Shown here: positions 16,367 through 19,143 of the stretch, piece by piece
How the letters are laid out: each line of letters begins with the position of its first letter
Numbering within the stretch: position 1 is the stretch's first letter
Assembly (NCBI GenBank): GCA_030603595.1
Contig: JAUVXL010000068.1
Span: forward strand, 1-19,143
Direction of reading: 5' to 3'
Length of the DNA stretch: 19,143 nt
Source: Sedimentisphaerales bacterium
GTDB lineage: Bacteria > Planctomycetota > Phycisphaerae > Sedimentisphaerales > Anaerobacaceae
Position numbers and translations under genes: made by a program
Notes under the pieces: model-generated
What the model was told of the DNA's origin: nothing
Seen by the model: the letters and a program-made list of their open reading frames with translations, nothing else
Database searches by the model: none

Positions 16367-17617
16367 ATGAGAAAGAATTTGAATAAAGATACCGGTGGAT
16401 TCTCTCGCAGAGATTTCATCAAGGCCTCTGCAGTTCTTGCTGCTGCGGGGCTGGGAGCGAATCGGCTTTATGCTGCCGGTTCGGACAAGATTCGCGTCGG
16501 GCTGATCGGCTGCGGCGGTCGAGGCAACGGGGCACTGGGCAATCACCTTGCCGCGTGCAAGCACATCGGCAAGGACGTCGAAGTGGTCGCCACGGCTGAC
16601 TGGTTCAAGGGCAGGGCCGAGGGCGCCGGCAAAAGACACGGCGTCCCCGCCGAGCGGTGCTTCGCAGGCGCCAACGGCTACAAGCAGCTCCTTGCCACCG
16701 ACATTGACGTTGTGGTGATAGCGACGTCTCCGAATTTCCGTCCCGTGCATTTCGAGGCGGCGATCAAGGCGGGCAAGCACGTCTTTATGGAAAAGCCCGT
16801 AGCAGTGGATCCACCCGGCGGACGCAGGGTCATCGCGGCCGGCGAGCTGGCCAAAGAGAAGGGTCTGGGCGTCGTCGCCGGTACGCAGCGGCGTCACCAA
16901 AGAGGCTACCGACGCCAGGCGTTCGAGATCGAAAACGGCGCCAAGGGTAAGGTCACCGGCGGCAGAGTTTCGTGGTGCGGCGGAGCGCTTTGGTATCAGA
17001 GGCAGAAGGAAGGCGAGAGCGATGCCGATTACATGGTTCGCAACTGGGTGAGCTTCACGGGGATGTCCGGCGACCACATCGTCGAGCAGCATGTTCACAA
17101 CCTCGACGTCGCCAGTTGGTTCATCGGTCGTCCCCCGGTGAGCGCCCTGGGCTTCGGCGGCAGGGCTCGCCGCAAGACCGGCGATCAGTTCGATTTCCAC
17201 AGCATCGATTTCGATTGGGGCCAAGGCGTAAACATTCACAGCATGTGCCGGCAGATTAACGGCACCGAGGGCGGCGTCTGGGAGAACTTCGTCTATAGCG
17301 GCAGCGACAAGAAGGTCGATGTGCCCGACTTTGAAGAGCACGGCGGAGCTTACGTACAGGAGCACGTCGATCTGCTCAACAGTATTCTCGCAGGCAAGCC
17401 GCTCAACGAGGCTCGCAACGTTGCAGAGGCTACGCTAACGGCGATCATGGGCCGTATCGCTACATACACCGGCAGGAAAATAAAGTGGGCCGACCTGACT
17501 AAGAACAAGAATTCTCAGTGGTACAATTTTACTCTCAAGCCGACCGCAGAAGACTTTGAGAAAGGCCCCGTGACCGCTCCCGAGGACGAGATCGCAGCTA
17601 TTCCGGGAAAGGATTAG
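16367..17617 (+). CDS. Tat-exported Gfo/Idh/MocA-family oxidoreductase (GH109-like architecture), about 416 aa.
   Basis: The ORF track starts at 16241, overlapping the preceding gene. The ATG at 16367 has AAGGA about 7 nt upstream and gives MRKNLNKDTGGFSRRDFIKASAVLAAAGLGANRLYAAG, a twin-arginine signal. Rossmann motif GLIGCGGRGNG. EKP motif FMEKPVAV. Confidence 0.8.
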   Translation: MRKNLNKDTGGFSRRDFIKASAVLAAAGLGANRLYAAGSDKIRVGLIGCGGRGNGALGNHLAACKHIGKDVEVVATADWFKGRAEGAGKRHGVPAERCFAGANGYKQLLATDIDVVVIATSPNFRPVHFEAAIKAGKHVFMEKPVAVDPPGGRRVIAAGELAKEKGLGVVAGTQRRHQRGYRRQAFEIENGAKGKVTGGRVSWCGGALWYQRQKEGESDADYMVRNWVSFTGMSGDHIVEQHVHNLDVASWFIGRPPVSALGFGGRARRKTGDQFDFHSIDFDWGQGVNIHSMCRQINGTEGGVWENFVYSGSDKKVDVPDFEEHGGAYVQEHVDLLNSILAGKPLNEARNVAEATLTAIMGRIATYTGRKIKWADLTKNKNSQWYNFTLKPTAEDFEKGPVTAPEDEIAAIPGKD

Positions 17618-17698
17618 TCGCAGAAAAGTGTTTGTCGATGGCCTACTCGGCGCTGACGTCGAATAAGGCTTGGATGCAGATGCTTTTAGCGGACAACC

Positions 17699-17732
17699 AA
17701 AAAAGTCGCGTCATTTAAGGCGCGACTTTTTT
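17699..17732. terminator. Bidirectional Rho-independent terminator between convergent genes.
   Basis: AAAAAA - GTCGCG(tc) - atttaa - (gg)CGCGAC - TTTTTT. The 6-8-bp GC stem is flanked by an A6 run on the left and a T6 run on the right, so it reads as a terminator on both strands. Confidence 0.7.
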
Positions 17733-17787
17733 ATTGGTCTGTTTGATTATGTCCACCGAAATTTCCTTCCGGTGAAGCACGCTGCGA

Positions 17788-18999
17788 TTATCTTGTTTGC
17801 TCGATTTTTGTGAATTTGACGATGGCTCCGCCTGTTTGCGGATGTGGGGCGATTGTCCCGGTCAGGCCGACCCTCTTGCTTATGAGTTTGTCGTAGTCGG
17901 CGGGTGCGGCTTCTGTTGCGGGCCGGGCATAGCAAACGGTCTTGCCCGAATCGTTCACTATCCGGTAGTGTTTCAGTTGGGGCTCGGAACTATAGATACT
18001 CGATGCCTTAAGCGTTCCGACAACTGCGAATCGGCCCCGATTCTTCACCTGCGCCAGTCGGGTTATGCGGGCCCTTTCAATGCGGTTCTGAGTAGCTTTC
18101 AACTGCCTATTCTGGAGCGCAAGCTGCTTGGAGACCGTCAAGACCAGTTCGTAGCGATCGATTTGTCTCAGCACAAAATCGCAGTAGCGTGCGACCCTGC
18201 CGGCTTCTTTATTGGCGGCGATATCTTCGAGCGCCTTTCGGATGCTTGAGTAATCCTGGGTTGCCAACGGCTTGGCTCGCTCGGCGAGGATTTTCTTTTG
18301 AAGGTCCTCGTATTGGGCCAGCAACTTAGGATCGACAGATGGCTTCGGCGGCGGGGCAACTGTTGTTACCTTGACGTCGTTAACATCGACAACATCGACA
18401 ACATCGTTGGCGTCGGGGGGGGTGTTGGCATCGACGATCTCCACGACCGGCGGCGCCGTCCCCGGCACAAGCGGCCTGGTGAACTTGGTGCTGACCCAGA
18501 GATATGCGCCGCTCGGCGGTGCGATCTTGTAGTAATTGTCTTTCTGCTCGCCCAGCAGCCTGACTTTTTCTCCGCGGTCGAGCTTGAGTTGCAGTGTCGA
18601 GTGAATCGGCTTGACGAGGTCCGAGCCGGCGTACACGCGAACTCCGTCACCCGTGACGATTCCCGTCCCCTGGCTGTCCGGGTCGATGCTGACATAGGGC
18701 ACATAAATCCAGGAGAAACTTCCCGGGGGCGGGACGATGCATGACCAGCTAAACTGCCGAGAGACGACTTTCACCTTATCGCCTTTGTTTGTTTTGCCGC
18801 TGTTGTAGTAGTTGGTGCCTGGGCCGGAGCGAACATAGACATTATCGCCGGTAATCTCGGCGGCGTAGGGGAAGGCCGGCGCGGTCAGAGCGTTGGCATC
18901 GGCTGTCGGGGCCGGAGTTGAGGATGCAAGTTGCGCAAAGCCTGCCGACGTAAAGCCGGCCAAGACCACTATGACAAAAAAGCTGCTATATGATTTCAT
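17788..18999 (-). CDS. Secreted SH3b-domain protein with Pro-rich linker and C-terminal domain of unknown function, about 404 aa.
   Basis: The ORF track starts at 19059. The ATG at 18999 has GGGAGA about 8 nt upstream and gives the signal peptide MKSYSSFFVIVVLAGFTSAGFAQ. The motif GDNVYVRSGPGTNYYNSGKTNKGDKVKVV is SH3b-like. A PPPKPSVDPK linker follows. The C-terminal region is predicted helical. Confidence 0.7.
   Translation of the reverse strand: MKSYSSFFVIVVLAGFTSAGFAQLASSTPAPTADANALTAPAFPYAAEITGDNVYVRSGPGTNYYNSGKTNKGDKVKVVSRQFSWSCIVPPPGSFSWIYVPYVSIDPDSQGTGIVTGDGVRVYAGSDLVKPIHSTLQLKLDRGEKVRLLGEQKDNYYKIAPPSGAYLWVSTKFTRPLVPGTAPPVVEIVDANTPPDANDVVDVVDVNDVKVTTVAPPPKPSVDPKLLAQYEDLQKKILAERAKPLATQDYSSIRKALEDIAANKEAGRVARYCDFVLRQIDRYELVLTVSKQLALQNRQLKATQNRIERARITRLAQVKNRGRFAVVGTLKASSIYSSEPQLKHYRIVNDSGKTVCYARPATEAAPADYDKLISKRVGLTGTIAPHPQTGGAIVKFTKIEQTR
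18382..18406. repeat. 9-bp tandem repeat (AACATCGAC x about 2.8) inside the SH3b-protein CDS, encoding a (DVV)n stretch.
   Basis: AACATCGAC AACATCGAC AACATCG read directly from the sequence. On the minus-strand frame this encodes DVVDVVDVNDV. Confidence 0.4.
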
Positions 19000-19143
19000 T
19001 GTTCTATCTCCCAAAAAGAGATTCCTGCCCAAAACCGCCAACGGCGGGACAGCGGGCACTTTTGCTCAATTTAGCCCTAAGCGTAAGCGACGGGATAAAA
19101 CCCCCTCCCTTACGGTCGGGGCTTGTTAGTTCACGTTGGTTCT

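Noticed and set aside
19000-19059. N-terminal extension MPAVPPLAVLGRNLFLGDRT of the SH3b protein ORF.
   Set aside because: The ATG at 18999 has a GGGAGA RBS and yields a clean signal peptide starting MKSY. The extension has no RBS.
1-19143. Search for tRNA, rRNA and CRISPR arrays in all intergenic regions.
   Set aside because: No T-loop-like GGTTCGAATCC-type motifs or cloverleaf-sized conserved segments were found. No regularly spaced direct repeats are present. The only tandem or duplicated elements are those described above.

Overview
This 19.1-kb window is GC-rich (roughly 58–60% by eye) and contains 14 protein-coding genes. I found no rRNA, tRNA or CRISPR array. The gene content points to a Planctomycetota/PVC-like organism: Tat-exported Gfo/Idh/MocA oxidoreductases, several xylose-isomerase-like TIM-barrel proteins, and a 'WPQWRGP' PQQ-type beta-propeller.

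Genes in order:
- 207-2006 (+): secreted 599-aa glycoside-hydrolase-like protein.
- 2114-3565 (+): flotillin/SPFH protein, followed by a strong intrinsic terminator.
- 3680-4640: an AT-poor island carrying a putative lipoprotein gene on the minus strand.
- 10049 down to 3804: a long minus-strand run of NUDIX hydrolase, HAD-IA hydrolase, a short LeuA/NifV-family (2-isopropylmalate/homocitrate-synthase-like) enzyme, and a large PQQ beta-propeller protein whose first blade is interrupted by a roughly 6-helix membrane domain.
- 10243-17617: a carbohydrate-processing cluster. It starts with a Tat-exported TIM-barrel 'sugar phosphate isomerase/epimerase' (+). An operon on the minus strand follows: enolase-superfamily dehydratase, TIM-barrel isomerase, Gfo/Idh/MocA oxidoreductase. 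A plus-strand pair closes it: a cytoplasmic Gfo/Idh/MocA and a Tat-exported Gfo/Idh/MocA.
- 17788-18999 (-): a convergent secreted SH3b-domain protein.

Most notable non-coding features:
- A roughly 100-130-bp element is duplicated upstream of the HAD gene and the LeuA-like gene (6217-6345 and 7721-7822, about 75-80% identical by eye). It carries a TACCCT..AGGGTA palindrome. In one copy the palindrome overlaps the RBS and GTG start of the HAD gene. The other end of that copy supplies the last five codons and the stop of the LeuA-like gene.
- An 18-bp imperfect inverted repeat with nested hairpins sits between convergent genes at 11220-11309.
- A textbook bidirectional intrinsic terminator lies at 17699-17732.

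I could not recognise any known defence, toxin or mobile-element gene. The candidates most likely to be new biology are:
- the duplicated cis-element tying together the HAD and LeuA-like genes, with NUDIX adjacent;
- the split-propeller membrane protein;
- a periplasmic oxidative glycoside-cleavage-type enzyme set.

All functional calls come from motif-level reading of the translations and need database confirmation.
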